Shown here in pieces: positions 28,587 to 38,804 of a stretch of DNA of 64,000 bases (its first letter is position 1; every line of letters starts with the position of its first letter). Location: positions 8,438 to 72,437 of the forward strand of contig NZFU01000002.1 of assembly GCA_002689345.1 (NCBI GenBank), written 5' to 3'. Source of the stretch: Methanobacteriota archaeon. GTDB taxonomy: Archaea; Thermoplasmatota; Poseidoniia; Poseidoniales; Poseidoniaceae. The notes under the pieces are model-generated. The model made no database searches, had not been told where the DNA came from, and saw nothing but the letters and a program-made list of their open reading frames with translations. A program made the position numbers and the translations under genes.

Positions 28587-29375
28587 TCACCAGGCCATAA
28601 CCGGATCTTCTTCCATGTTACATGCTAGTTTGAGGAACTGCTGCAACCCTTCCATGTCCTCTGTGTCCATTCGATTTATCACTTCACCAAAATAACGTTG
28701 TAATCTCTCTATGGTTTGCGAGGATTTCCTACTACTGATATTGATTACATCATTTCTGACATTACTACTATTTTCAAAATCAACCAATCTTTTCAGCAAG
28801 GCTGCATGAGCTGTTTTGACAGACTCGATGTCTGAATCCTTCCTAGCAGCAAATACTCCGAACACCATTGGATGACCGCTTACCATATTCCATTCTTCTC
28901 CTAAGTCCATACGAACTAATTCGGGAAAATCTCTAGATGCTTCTAAAGCACGGTCGCCGATTAACAAACACCCATCGCATGTGTTTAGCATTCCTTCTAA
29001 ATCAGGACCCATCTCGGTATAAGAGGGATTTAGATTTCTTTTTTCGATTAGAAACTTGAGTAAAGCAACAGATGTGGCGGAATCGGAGGGGAGTGCTATG
29101 GATTTCATATCTTTGATTCTAGATGAGCCGAATAAAAGTACACTTCCAACCTCGCCCTTGCTAGAGATAGATAAATCTGGGACTAAAACCAAGTCATGAC
29201 TATTTTTTGCATAATCGGCAGCCGGAATTGGGGCCAGAATACAATCCCTGCGTAACAAATGACCAGTTAGCCATGATGGCGGCGCAGGTAACACCTTCCA
29301 TGAATTATCAAGGCCATAGAACAGTGGTTCACAATTAATGAATGATACACGGCCAATTGTTCTATCCCAAGACAT
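28587..29375 (-). CDS. mqnA: Chorismate dehydratase (MqnA family)
   Basis: IGRVSFINCEPLFYGL, GEVGSVLL, SATSVALL, LLIGDRAL, DLGEEW, PMVFGVF. Confidence 0.88.
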   Translation of the reverse strand: MSWDRTIGRVSFINCEPLFYGLDNSWKVLPAPPSWLTGHLLRRDCILAPIPAADYAKNSHDLVLVPDLSISSKGEVGSVLLFGSSRIKDMKSIALPSDSATSVALLKFLIEKRNLNPSYTEMGPDLEGMLNTCDGCLLIGDRALEASRDFPELVRMDLGEEWNMVSGHPMVFGVFAARKDSDIESVKTAHAALLKRLVDFENSSNVRNDVINISSRKSSQTIERLQRYFGEVINRMDTEDMEGLQQFLKLACNMEEDPVMAW

Positions 29376-30566
29376 CTAATCACCTGTAGCCATACGTAAA
29401 CTCCGACGTTCGGGTACATTTGGTATTATGTATTTTTCAAAGGATGAATATGTGGTGTTTCTCTGTATGGGTACTGAACCTGAATTTTCTACGATTTTTG
29501 CTAACTTAGCACCATCGTGATTCAATGGCGCGGTTGAGCCCGCCAAGTGCATAATAGATTCCTTGTGTACGGTGCCATCAATATCGTCAGCACCATACTG
29601 TAATGCCAATTCTGTCATTTCGTCACCAATATTCATACGATATGCCTTGATATGTGGTATATTGTTTAACATTAGACGAGAAACGGCTATCACTCTAAGA
29701 ATCTCAGTCCCAGTAGCTAATTGGGCTTCAGGTAAGCGTGAATCATCGGGCAAGAACGGATATGGTACGAAGCATTGGAAACCAGAGGTTTCAGATTGTA
29801 ACTCCCTCAATTTCAATAAATGAGTGATTCTTTGATCATTTGTTTCCACCGTCCCAAATAGCATTGTACAATTGGTAGGAATATCGAGCGAATGGGCTGT
29901 TCGATGGATTTCAAGATATTCTTCAGAAGATTCCTTTCCTTTGCAAATAATTTCTCGCACACTGTCATCTAAAATTTCGGCTCCTCCTCCAGGAAGGGAT
30001 CCTAGGCCTGAATCCTTCAATTGCTGTAGTACCTGTTCGATCGAGCAATTTGAAAGGCCAGCAATATGCTTGATTTCGACAGCGGTCAATGCTTTGATGT
30101 GAATGTGAGGGAACTCTTCTTTTACTTGGCTAAATAGTTCACAATAATATTCAGCATCCCAGTCGGGATGAAGCCCTCCTACTGAGTGAACTTCATCAAC
30201 ATGAGATGAATAGGTACGCAAATCTTCGATATATTCGGATATCTCCATCTGGTAAGCATCTGCTGCTCTTCGCCCCCTTCTGAATGCACAAAACTTGCAA
30301 GCAAGAGTGCATATATTCGTTTGATTGATGTGTACGTTCATATTGAAAAACACATGATTACCAAACCTTGCTTGTTTAACCAAATTTGCGATTTGCCCAA
30401 TTACATCTAATTCCTTAGAAGTGAAAAGGAAATTACCATCATCTCTAGAAAGCGGAATATTTTTTGACAACTTTTCAATAATTTCGGCAAACGAATCAGG
30501 CCATGATTGACTAAGCAAAGAATGAGACAGGTTTTGCTGCCAATCGGCCAACTCACCTGCTGCCAT
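29376..30566 (-). CDS. mqnE: CofH-family radical SAM protein, probably aminofutalosine synthase
   Basis: NICTLACKFCAF (CxxxCxxC), VGGLHPD, HIKALTAVEI, PGGGAEI, HIKAY (MqnE-like rather than MqnC-like); abuts mqnA. Confidence 0.8.
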   Translation of the reverse strand: MAAGELADWQQNLSHSLLSQSWPDSFAEIIEKLSKNIPLSRDDGNFLFTSKELDVIGQIANLVKQARFGNHVFFNMNVHINQTNICTLACKFCAFRRGRRAADAYQMEISEYIEDLRTYSSHVDEVHSVGGLHPDWDAEYYCELFSQVKEEFPHIHIKALTAVEIKHIAGLSNCSIEQVLQQLKDSGLGSLPGGGAEILDDSVREIICKGKESSEEYLEIHRTAHSLDIPTNCTMLFGTVETNDQRITHLLKLRELQSETSGFQCFVPYPFLPDDSRLPEAQLATGTEILRVIAVSRLMLNNIPHIKAYRMNIGDEMTELALQYGADDIDGTVHKESIMHLAGSTAPLNHDGAKLAKIVENSGSVPIQRNTTYSSFEKYIIPNVPERRSLRMATGD

Positions 30567-30603
30567 GGTTTTGCGCACGCACCCCAGTTATTGAATCCAA
30601 CCC

Positions 30604-33384
30604 TCAGGTGCGACGGTTAGTTCTAACACGGAATATACCAGTAGATTGCAATAACTTGCGGAATTCCTCAATCATAAACACAGTGCTGGCCACTAATATG
30701 ACAATGAACCAATCTGCTCTTTCCAAAGGAGTAGTCGATAATAATTCGCCGACTTCAAAATTCGTAAGCGGTATGGACCATTCAGCTCCTTGTACTGCGA
30801 TTAGTAACAGTGACATCGAGAAGAAGACTGCGAGATAAATTGCTCTGTTGGAGAATAGACCCAGTTTAAACACACTGTCTTCACTGCTACGGCAATTCAT
30901 TACATTGAATAATTGATAGACGATAAACACACTGAAACACATCGTCCTTGCATAAGCATCACCGTTACTTAGAGCCAAATAGTAAACGATTAGAGTTCCA
31001 GTAACCATGACTGCACCGAGGTAGAATATCAAAAGTAAGTCTTTGAGATTGGGGAGAGATTCGTCTACTGGGCGCGGAGGCCGGTCCATGACATTAGAGT
31101 GCTTTCTTTCAACACCTAATGCAACGGCAGGTGGCCCATCCATCAGAATATTGATCACAAGTATTTGGGTTGCCGTCAAGGGCAATGGCCATTGGAATAC
31201 GACGGATGCTAGCATTAGTAATGCTACGGCAGCGACATTTGTTGAGACTTGATATCGTACGAAATTTCGTATATTGGCGTATATTTTACGCCCTTCCTCT
31301 ACCGCATTGACGATATTAGCAAAATTGTCATCTTGCAATACCATATCAGATGCGTCTTTAGCAACGTCTGTTCCAGCAATACCCATTGAAATGCCGATAT
31401 TTGCGCGGGATAATGCAGGTGCGTCATTTACTCCATCGCCAGTCATGGCAACAACTTCTCCCTCGTCTTGTAGCGCTGTTACAATGCGCATTTTCTGTTC
31501 AGGAGTTACGCGACTAAAGATAGCAGCGCCCTTAACAATATCACGCATAGCCTCATCATCGAGAACCTCCAATCTATCTCCACCGATAGATTCGATATGT
31601 GGTTTTGTAATGTTTAGGTCTTCTCCAATAGACTGAGCGGTCATTTGCTGGTCCCCTGTTATCATCTTTACACGGATACCTGCCTTTTGGCACCTGGCTA
31701 TAGCATCATAAACCTCAGCACGAGGTGGGTCCATAATTCCAACCATTCCAAGGAAAATCAGATTGTCTTCCATTGTAGTCATATCAGTAGTATCTTCTCC
31801 AGGTTCAACCTTCCTAGCACACAATGCAATAACTCTCATAGCTTTACTAGCCATGTCACTATTAGCATTCGAAGCGTATTCAAAGTCCCCCTTCTCAATA
31901 GGAACAATTTCGCCATTGTTAACTTTCCACTTCACCAGTTGTTTGAAACCACCCGCACCACCTTTGGAAAACACCCATTGGTCGCCTTCATATTCATGAA
32001 TCACAGACATTCTTTTACGGTCCGTATTGAAGAAGAATTCATGCCTGCGCGGATGTCTTTGAGCAAACTTAGCTACTGAGCCATTAATCTTGTACCCCAA
32101 AACTGCACAAGCACTGTCAGTAGGATCTCCGATAGCTGACCATTGGCCATCGACTTCCGCTATTTGTGAATTATGGCATAAAGATAGACAGGTTGCAGCC
32201 AATCGGAATCCCAAATCGCTTTGTAATTCAGCCATTTCTTCATCGCTTAATTCTTCACCATCGTGCATTAGCTTGCCTTCAGGGCGGAAACCTTCGCCAC
32301 TAATTCCAAACGTCTTTGTTGGTAACATCAAACGTCTAACAGTCATCTGATTCTTAGTTAGTGTACCAGTCTTATCTGTACAAATAACGGTTGTTGACCC
32401 TAGTGTTTCAACAGCCTTCATTCTACGAATGATAGCCTTGTGCCTAGCCATATTCCTCATACCAATAGCCAAAGTGGTTACCAAAATTATCGGCAACCCT
32501 TCTGGTACAATAGCCACGAATATTGCAATAGCGATCAAGAGTTGTGCTTTGGCTTCTTTGACTAAATCGCCACCATCGACATATGCTAATATCAATTCGA
32601 TTGAAACGATTAATGTTGCAACTATTAGAGCGATGAAGCCTAGGAATTTTCCGAGTGATTCCAATTTATGCTCTAGCGGTGTTTTCGGAGTTTCAGCCTC
32701 GGCAATATCGCTGGCAATGCGGCCAAGTTCAGTACTCATGCCAGTGGAAGTAACAATTCCTACAGCCCTGCCTGTGGAGATTGTTGTACCCATGTAAAGC
32801 ATGTTTTTCCTATCGGCTAGTAACGTTTCAGGAGGTAGAGGGTCAGTAGTGACCTTTGCAGGCATCGATTCGCCAGTTAGGGCAGATTCGTGCACTTTAC
32901 ATTGCCATGACTCATTAACGCGTAAATCAGCAGGAACGTTGAGACCTTCCTCGATTTTAACTATATCACCAGGGACCAACTGAGTAGTGCTCAACTCAAT
33001 TTCCATTCCATCTCTACAGACGACACATCTCGAGATTGTCATCTGTTTTAGAGCACCCATCTCTTGTTCAGCCTTATTTTCCTGCCAAAAGCCGAAGAAG
33101 GCGTTAGCGGTCAAAACAATAGCGATGAATATGGCATCTCCTGGTTGATCGGGATGAGTGGCTAAAGCAAGTAGAGCCGCCCCTATTAGCAAATAATTCA
33201 AAGGATCATGATATTGAGAAATAAAACGAATGAAATTAGAAGTTTTCTCGGGTTCTTGTAATTTATTCTCACCGAATTCCTCCAATCGCTTTTCGGCCTC
33301 TGAAGAAGTTAATCCACCAAGAGGGGTGTCGAGGTCAAGCAGTACATCTTCACTACTCTTGGTATGCCATAAAATATCTGACAT
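30604..33384 (-). CDS. P-type IIA cation (probably Ca2+) transporting ATPase
   Basis: LTGES, VPEGLP, DKTGTLT, MITGD, TGDGVNDAPAL, TM6 QILVINILMDGPPA. Confidence 0.92.
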   Translation of the reverse strand: MSDILWHTKSSEDVLLDLDTPLGGLTSSEAEKRLEEFGENKLQEPEKTSNFIRFISQYHDPLNYLLIGAALLALATHPDQPGDAIFIAIVLTANAFFGFWQENKAEQEMGALKQMTISRCVVCRDGMEIELSTTQLVPGDIVKIEEGLNVPADLRVNESWQCKVHESALTGESMPAKVTTDPLPPETLLADRKNMLYMGTTISTGRAVGIVTSTGMSTELGRIASDIAEAETPKTPLEHKLESLGKFLGFIALIVATLIVSIELILAYVDGGDLVKEAKAQLLIAIAIFVAIVPEGLPIILVTTLAIGMRNMARHKAIIRRMKAVETLGSTTVICTDKTGTLTKNQMTVRRLMLPTKTFGISGEGFRPEGKLMHDGEELSDEEMAELQSDLGFRLAATCLSLCHNSQIAEVDGQWSAIGDPTDSACAVLGYKINGSVAKFAQRHPRRHEFFFNTDRKRMSVIHEYEGDQWVFSKGGAGGFKQLVKWKVNNGEIVPIEKGDFEYASNANSDMASKAMRVIALCARKVEPGEDTTDMTTMEDNLIFLGMVGIMDPPRAEVYDAIARCQKAGIRVKMITGDQQMTAQSIGEDLNITKPHIESIGGDRLEVLDDEAMRDIVKGAAIFSRVTPEQKMRIVTALQDEGEVVAMTGDGVNDAPALSRANIGISMGIAGTDVAKDASDMVLQDDNFANIVNAVEEGRKIYANIRNFVRYQVSTNVAAVALLMLASVVFQWPLPLTATQILVINILMDGPPAVALGVERKHSNVMDRPPRPVDESLPNLKDLLLIFYLGAVMVTGTLIVYYLALSNGDAYARTMCFSVFIVYQLFNVMNCRSSEDSVFKLGLFSNRAIYLAVFFSMSLLLIAVQGAEWSIPLTNFEVGELLSTTPLERADWFIVILVASTVFMIEEFRKLLQSTGIFRVRTNRRT

Positions 33385-33504
33385 GATATCACCAAGGCTG
33401 GATGCCCTTATATTGCGGTATAACACCGACTTATGATTATACGGGTGGGAATCCCATTCAATTATAGCCGATTATTTCACATGCCGGTTATTTGTGGGAC
33501 CTCT

Positions 33505-35652
33505 ATGAGCGGAGCAGGAGAGCCATGGATTCCCGCTGATAGAAATGTCAAGGAATTGACTACACGTGTCATCATCATTGGTATTTTGTTAGGCGGAATT
33601 ATGACTGCTGCAAACGCCTATCTTGGGCTATATGTTGGAATGACAGTCTCAGCTTCAATTCCAGCTGCTGTAATGAGTATGATTATTTTGAGGGGTTTGA
33701 AATTTAAGGATGTGACAATTCTTGAGAACAATTCCGTTCAAACTATGGCTAGTGCAGGAGAATCATTGGCTGCAGGTGTTATTTTCACAGTACCTGCTTT
33801 ACTGGTAATCGGAATATGGAATGATATTCAATGGCTAGAAACTTTCCTTATTGCCATTTTAGGTGGTCTGCTAGGTACTATGTTCACAATAGCATTGAGG
33901 AGACTATTCATTGTTGAAGAAGCATTGCCTTATCCAGAAGGAGTCGCATGCAGAGAAGTACTAGTGGCTGGTGAAAAAGGTGGTTCTGGATTGATTGCAA
34001 TTATCTATGCCCTATTGATTGGAGCAACTTATGGTTGGATGGTTAAAGCATTCAAAGCCACTCATGCACACGTAGAAGGTGTAGCAAGTACCTTGGGAAC
34101 TAGATTTTATGGTGGTGGTGAATTATCATTGGCTTTACTATCTGTAGGATACATTGTAGGATTAAGGATCGCATCCTTCATATTCCTTGGAGGAGTTGTA
34201 GGATTCGCGATATTAGTGCCCATTTATGGTCTGATGAATGGTTTTCCAAATGGCTCTGGAATGTTGGAGTCAATTGTAACAGCTGATTACTACGCGGTTT
34301 GGTCGGAACAAATTCGTTATGTTGGTGTCGGAGCAATGGTCGTAGGCGGTGTATACACGCTATGGTCGATGCGTAAAACAATTGCAGAAGGATTGCTCAA
34401 GGCGTTCAAAAAATCAGATGGCGACTCGGAACAATTGCGAACAGAAATGGATTTACCATTGGATAAAGTGATGATATTTTGTGGGATATTAGTCATCTTA
34501 ATTTTCCTATTCTATTGGTATGCAACAGGAAATGTGATGATGGCTTTAGCAGGCGCACTTTTCCTAGCAGTGGTTTCTTTCTTCTTTGCCGCAGTTGCAG
34601 GATATATTGCCGGAGTTGTAGGCTCTTCGAATTCGCCAGTATCTGGAATGACAATTGCAACCCTTCTATTCACAATCGGATTAGTTTGGGTAGTTGGCGG
34701 ATTAATCATGAAGATGGAAGAAACCGATATGATGGTTGCAACTATGTTTATTGCAGCAATAGTGGCAACTTCGGCCGCTATAGCGGGCGATGTAATGCAA
34801 GACCTGAAAACTGGTCATATGCTTGGTGCAACACCTTGGAGACAACAGATTGCTGAAATCATAGGCGTTACTGTTGGAGCACTAGTTATAGGTCCTGTAC
34901 TTTCAATACTTCATGATGCCTTTCAGATTTCTAAGACGGCCTGTGCAGCAACAAATTCTCGACTTACTGCAGATGGTGCAGAATCATGGGAATTGTATAA
35001 TTGTAGTGATGCACTATTCGCCCCACAAGCAGAACTGATAGGTGCTATTGTACAGGGTGCATTTGGTGGAGATCTTAATCTGCCAATGGTTTTACTAGGT
35101 GCTGCAATAGCAATAATTTTGATTAAATTAGCAATGCCAGTAATGAGTGTCGCTATTGGAATATATCTACCTCTGTCATTATCTGTTCCAATCATGGCAG
35201 GAGGAATAATTTCACATGTTCTTCTTTCGAGTGCTAGATTACGCATAGATGGTACATTGGATGGAAAGCCTTCAGAAAAAGCAATTTTGGCAACAAAGGA
35301 AGTACAGGACAAGGGCGTTCTTATTGGGGCAGGATTCATCGCAGGCGAGTCTCTGATGGGTGTACTATTGGCAGTATTCATTGTACTAGATAATAAATAT
35401 TCAAACTTAGGTATTCTACCTTCAGATTGGTTTGGAGGCATCGGCACATTAGGTAATCTTGCATCGCTGCTATTCTTTGGATGGTTCGTTGCAGTATTCA
35501 TCATGCTTTCAGCACGCGCTTTGCCAAAGAAAGGAAATCTTGGAGGCGACTTTGTATATGTTCTATCCGATGCTGCTAAGAGGTTGAAAGTAGCACTGAG
35601 TCCGCCGCCATTATCTGATTTTATTGTTAAAGAAAATTCCAAGGATGAATAA
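33505..35652 (+). CDS. OPT family oligopeptide transporter
   Basis: NAYLGLYVGMTVSASIPAAV, ENNSVQT, LPYPEG, SPVSG, MQDLKTG, APQA, GFIAGES. Confidence 0.93.
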   Translation: MSGAGEPWIPADRNVKELTTRVIIIGILLGGIMTAANAYLGLYVGMTVSASIPAAVMSMIILRGLKFKDVTILENNSVQTMASAGESLAAGVIFTVPALLVIGIWNDIQWLETFLIAILGGLLGTMFTIALRRLFIVEEALPYPEGVACREVLVAGEKGGSGLIAIIYALLIGATYGWMVKAFKATHAHVEGVASTLGTRFYGGGELSLALLSVGYIVGLRIASFIFLGGVVGFAILVPIYGLMNGFPNGSGMLESIVTADYYAVWSEQIRYVGVGAMVVGGVYTLWSMRKTIAEGLLKAFKKSDGDSEQLRTEMDLPLDKVMIFCGILVILIFLFYWYATGNVMMALAGALFLAVVSFFFAAVAGYIAGVVGSSNSPVSGMTIATLLFTIGLVWVVGGLIMKMEETDMMVATMFIAAIVATSAAIAGDVMQDLKTGHMLGATPWRQQIAEIIGVTVGALVIGPVLSILHDAFQISKTACAATNSRLTADGAESWELYNCSDALFAPQAELIGAIVQGAFGGDLNLPMVLLGAAIAIILIKLAMPVMSVAIGIYLPLSLSVPIMAGGIISHVLLSSARLRIDGTLDGKPSEKAILATKEVQDKGVLIGAGFIAGESLMGVLLAVFIVLDNKYSNLGILPSDWFGGIGTLGNLASLLFFGWFVAVFIMLSARALPKKGNLGGDFVYVLSDAAKRLKVALSPPPLSDFIVKENSKDE

Positions 35653-35687
35653 TTATCTTTGAACACAACCATCAAAGGCCATAGTCG

Positions 35688-36542
35688 ATGGGCATTTCTT
35701 CGGAAGGGTCTATTGTGGCTGGCATGAGTATCTCTGAATTAGAAGAAATGGCAAGAAAATGCCGGATTGAAATTTGTAAAATGACTCATCGTGCCCAAGC
35801 AGGTCACCCTGGTGGTTCACTTTCCGAAATTGACATTTTATGCGCTCTTTATGGACACAGGCTTCGTGCAAAACCTGACGACCCTGATTGGAATGATCGA
35901 GATCGATTCATCCTATCAAAAGGCCATGCATCTCCAGGAATGTATGCGGTTCTAGCTGAAATGGGGTTCATTACCCATGAGGATTTGAAAACTTACAGAG
36001 TAAAGGGCGGTGTATGCCAAGGCCACGTCGATATGAAGTGGTGCCCAGGTGTCGACTTTTCAGCAGGTAGTTTAGGAATGGGACTGTCTTTTGGCATGGG
36101 CTGTGCTGTAGCGGCAAATATTGACCAATCAGAAAGAAACGCATACGTAATGGTTGGAGATGGTGAAATTCAAGAAGGTAGTATATGGGAGGCTGCAATG
36201 GCGGCTGCTCATCATGAATTGGGTAATCTAAAACTATTTTTGGATTGTAATGGAATCCAAAATGATGATTTCTGTGAAGCGCAGATGCGTATGTTCGATA
36301 TTCCTGCAAAGTGGAATTCCTTTGGCTGGGCTGTCAAAGTCATCGATGGACACAATATGTCCGATATTGTTGATGCAATAGATTGGATGGATACAGTGAA
36401 GGACAAACCGGCAGTAGTGATTGCTCAGACTGTTAAAGGCAAAGGAGTATCGTTTATGGAAAACAATCCTGCCTTCCATGGTGCAGCGCCTTCTGACGAA
36501 CAATTGGCTCAAGCACTATCTGAATTGGGGGTGAGCGCATGA
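35688..36542 (+). CDS. Transketolase, N-terminal (TPP-binding) subunit
   Basis: GHPGGSLS, RDRFILSKGHA, GSLGMGLS, GDGEIQEG...N, DGH, KGKG; start may be 35724. Confidence 0.95.
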   Translation: MGISSEGSIVAGMSISELEEMARKCRIEICKMTHRAQAGHPGGSLSEIDILCALYGHRLRAKPDDPDWNDRDRFILSKGHASPGMYAVLAEMGFITHEDLKTYRVKGGVCQGHVDMKWCPGVDFSAGSLGMGLSFGMGCAVAANIDQSERNAYVMVGDGEIQEGSIWEAAMAAAHHELGNLKLFLDCNGIQNDDFCEAQMRMFDIPAKWNSFGWAVKVIDGHNMSDIVDAIDWMDTVKDKPAVVIAQTVKGKGVSFMENNPAFHGAAPSDEQLAQALSELGVSA

Positions 36543-37477
36543 GTCGAATGGCTGCTACCAGAGATGGCTATGGTGCTGCATTGCTCGAACTTGCTGACAA
36601 TCCAAAAGTTGTGGTGTTAGAAGCAGATTTAGGTAAATCGACTAAATCTTTACACTTTAGAAAAGCGCATCCAGAAAGAACGGTATCTTGCGGAATAGGT
36701 GAGCAAAATATGCTTCTAGTTGGGGCTGGACTTGCATCGAGTGGATACATTCCTTTTGCTAGTACATTTGCTATATTCACCGAACGTGCATTTGAACAGA
36801 TGCGGAATGGTGTTGCCAGACCTAATCTTGCTGTCCACCTATGTGGATCTCATGGCGGGACACATACTGGAACTGATGGTTCTAGTGCTCAATCAATCGA
36901 GGACTTAGCAATATATCGAACTCTACCAAATGTAGTTGTTATGCATCCGTGTGATGATGTTTCTACCAAGGAATTGACTAAGCAATTACCTAGCCTAGGA
37001 CAACCGTCTTACACACGCACTGCTAGAAACAAAACACCTGTATTATACGATGGAAGAGAAAACGAAATTCGTATCGGTAAAGGAATCGTTCTATCGGAGG
37101 GCAGTGATGTAGCAATCGTAGCATGTGGTGTATTGGTCCACGAAGCGATGGATGCTGCAAAGGCCTTGAGTGATGAAGGAATCAGTGCAACGGTAGTGGA
37201 TATGCATACTATCAAACCACTGGATACTGATTTATTGGATGATTTGGCCAAGAAATGTGGCGCTGTAGTTACCGCTGAAGATCATTCCATTATTGGAGGA
37301 TTAGGTGGAGCTGTAGCTGAACATCTGATTTCCTCACACCCAGTTCCGATGGAGAGAATTGGAGTTCCAGATAGATTTGGAGAATCGGCTGGTTCAGAGG
37401 AAATGTTGGAAATGATGGGATTAAAATCACATCATATTTCTGACGCTGCCAAGAAGGCAATCGCGAGCAAGGTTTGA
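36539..37477 (+). CDS. Transketolase, C-terminal subunit
   Basis: ADLGKST, GIGEQN, RAFEQ, TIKPLD, EDHSIIGGLG; ATGA coupling. Confidence 0.95.
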   Translation: MSRMAATRDGYGAALLELADNPKVVVLEADLGKSTKSLHFRKAHPERTVSCGIGEQNMLLVGAGLASSGYIPFASTFAIFTERAFEQMRNGVARPNLAVHLCGSHGGTHTGTDGSSAQSIEDLAIYRTLPNVVVMHPCDDVSTKELTKQLPSLGQPSYTRTARNKTPVLYDGRENEIRIGKGIVLSEGSDVAIVACGVLVHEAMDAAKALSDEGISATVVDMHTIKPLDTDLLDDLAKKCGAVVTAEDHSIIGGLGGAVAEHLISSHPVPMERIGVPDRFGESAGSEEMLEMMGLKSHHISDAAKKAIASKV

Positions 37478-37503
37478 AGCACCGCCTATTACAGCGGGGT
37501 CAC

Positions 37504-38163
37504 ATGGAGTTCTTTCTAGACACCGCTGATGTTGATGAGATTCGAGAAATAGCCTCTTGGGGCATACTTGATGGCGTAACCACAAACCCTTCACTGATAA
37601 AGAAAAGTGGAAGAGATTTCAAAACAGTGGTTGCAGAGATTGCCGCTATATGTGATGGTCCTATTTCTGCAGAAGTAACCGCATTGGATACTGATGGAAT
37701 GGTAGAACAGGGAAGGGCCTTGAAGGCAGAATTACCTGAGAATGTAATCATAAAAATACCATGCACTCCAGAAGGTTTGGCAGCAACTAAGATATTGACT
37801 GCTGATGGAATTAGGACAAATGTTACGCTAATATTTTCAGCTTCGCAAGCATTGATGGCTGCAAAGGCAGGAGCGACTTATGTTTCTCCATTTATTGGAC
37901 GAATTGATGACACTGGTGCAGATGGGATGACCCTGATTGCCGAGATAATGGCAACATGGGAAAATTACAATGTCGAGACTAAGGTATTGGCCGCATCTAT
38001 TCGCCACCCAACTCACGTTTTAGCGTGTATGCAATTAGGCGCACATACGGTAACTATGCCGACAAAGATATTCCGCCAATTGATGAGCCACCCTCTAACA
38101 GATAAAGGGCTAGCAGGCTTCATGAAAGACTGGGCTGAGGTTGAAGCGGCAGGTAATGCTTGA
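37504..38163 (+). CDS. tal: Transaldolase (TalC/FSA family)
   Basis: FFLDTA, GVTTNPSL, IKIP Schiff-base Lys, NVTLIFS, YVSPFIGR, AASIR; operon with transketolase. Confidence 0.93.
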   Translation: MEFFLDTADVDEIREIASWGILDGVTTNPSLIKKSGRDFKTVVAEIAAICDGPISAEVTALDTDGMVEQGRALKAELPENVIIKIPCTPEGLAATKILTADGIRTNVTLIFSASQALMAAKAGATYVSPFIGRIDDTGADGMTLIAEIMATWENYNVETKVLAASIRHPTHVLACMQLGAHTVTMPTKIFRQLMSHPLTDKGLAGFMKDWAEVEAAGNA

Positions 38164-38216
38164 AGCGAACGCTTGATAATGAGTACCTGCCCACATCTCA
38201 ATGGGAGGCGGTAACT

Positions 38217-38765
38217 ATGAGTGGTCATGATGACAAAGTCAAGCGTCTTCTCGATGGGGAAATCGATGAGGAAGAAATCGCCTCAGACCCTGTTTTATCG
38301 AGTTTGGCTGAGAGGATTTTCGGACTCAATATAGAGCCGATTACACCATCAAAACCAACTCAAGAATCAGGGCTACCAGAGGTTGAAGTTGTTACGGCTA
38401 AAACCAATCTAGACTCAATGATTGAAGTTGTCCCAGGTATTGATTTGCCTGCGCCATTACCTATGCCTGCTTTGCCAGATATCCCTGGAAAAGGTACTGC
38501 AAAGAAAGGCGGATTAATGAAAGTGTTTGGATTCCTAGCACTTGCAACATCGATTGCAAATATGTTTGGAGCATTTGGATTCCTAAATTCACAGTGTACT
38601 GTTGAAAAATGTACATCAGAGGCCACCAGAATCAATTGGATCGATATTCATAATATCGGTAATGAGCAAGGATGGTCACTACCGCTACCAGAATTAGGAA
38701 TACCTGATTATGTAGCAGTGGCATCTAGTTTGCTAGTTCTGATTCTGGCTCTGCGCCGTAAATAA
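38217..38765 (+). CDS. Hypothetical membrane protein
   Basis: GGAGG before ATG 38217; acidic/Pro-rich N-terminus, TM, two-Cys loop, C-terminal TM ending RRK. Confidence 0.7.
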   Translation: MSGHDDKVKRLLDGEIDEEEIASDPVLSSLAERIFGLNIEPITPSKPTQESGLPEVEVVTAKTNLDSMIEVVPGIDLPAPLPMPALPDIPGKGTAKKGGLMKVFGFLALATSIANMFGAFGFLNSQCTVEKCTSEATRINWIDIHNIGNEQGWSLPLPELGIPDYVAVASSLLVLILALRRK

Positions 38766-38804
38766 TGCGGCAATTTGATGAACAGTCATCCATGAGTGGT
38801 TAAT

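Noticed and set aside
34923-35675. 250-aa antisense ORF and the many other short antisense ORFs in the track
   Set aside because: Fully overlap well-supported genes on the opposite strand and show no recognisable motifs
35688-38163. Transketolase/transaldolase operon as a novelty
   Set aside because: The non-oxidative pentose phosphate pathway is already known in Thermoplasmatota
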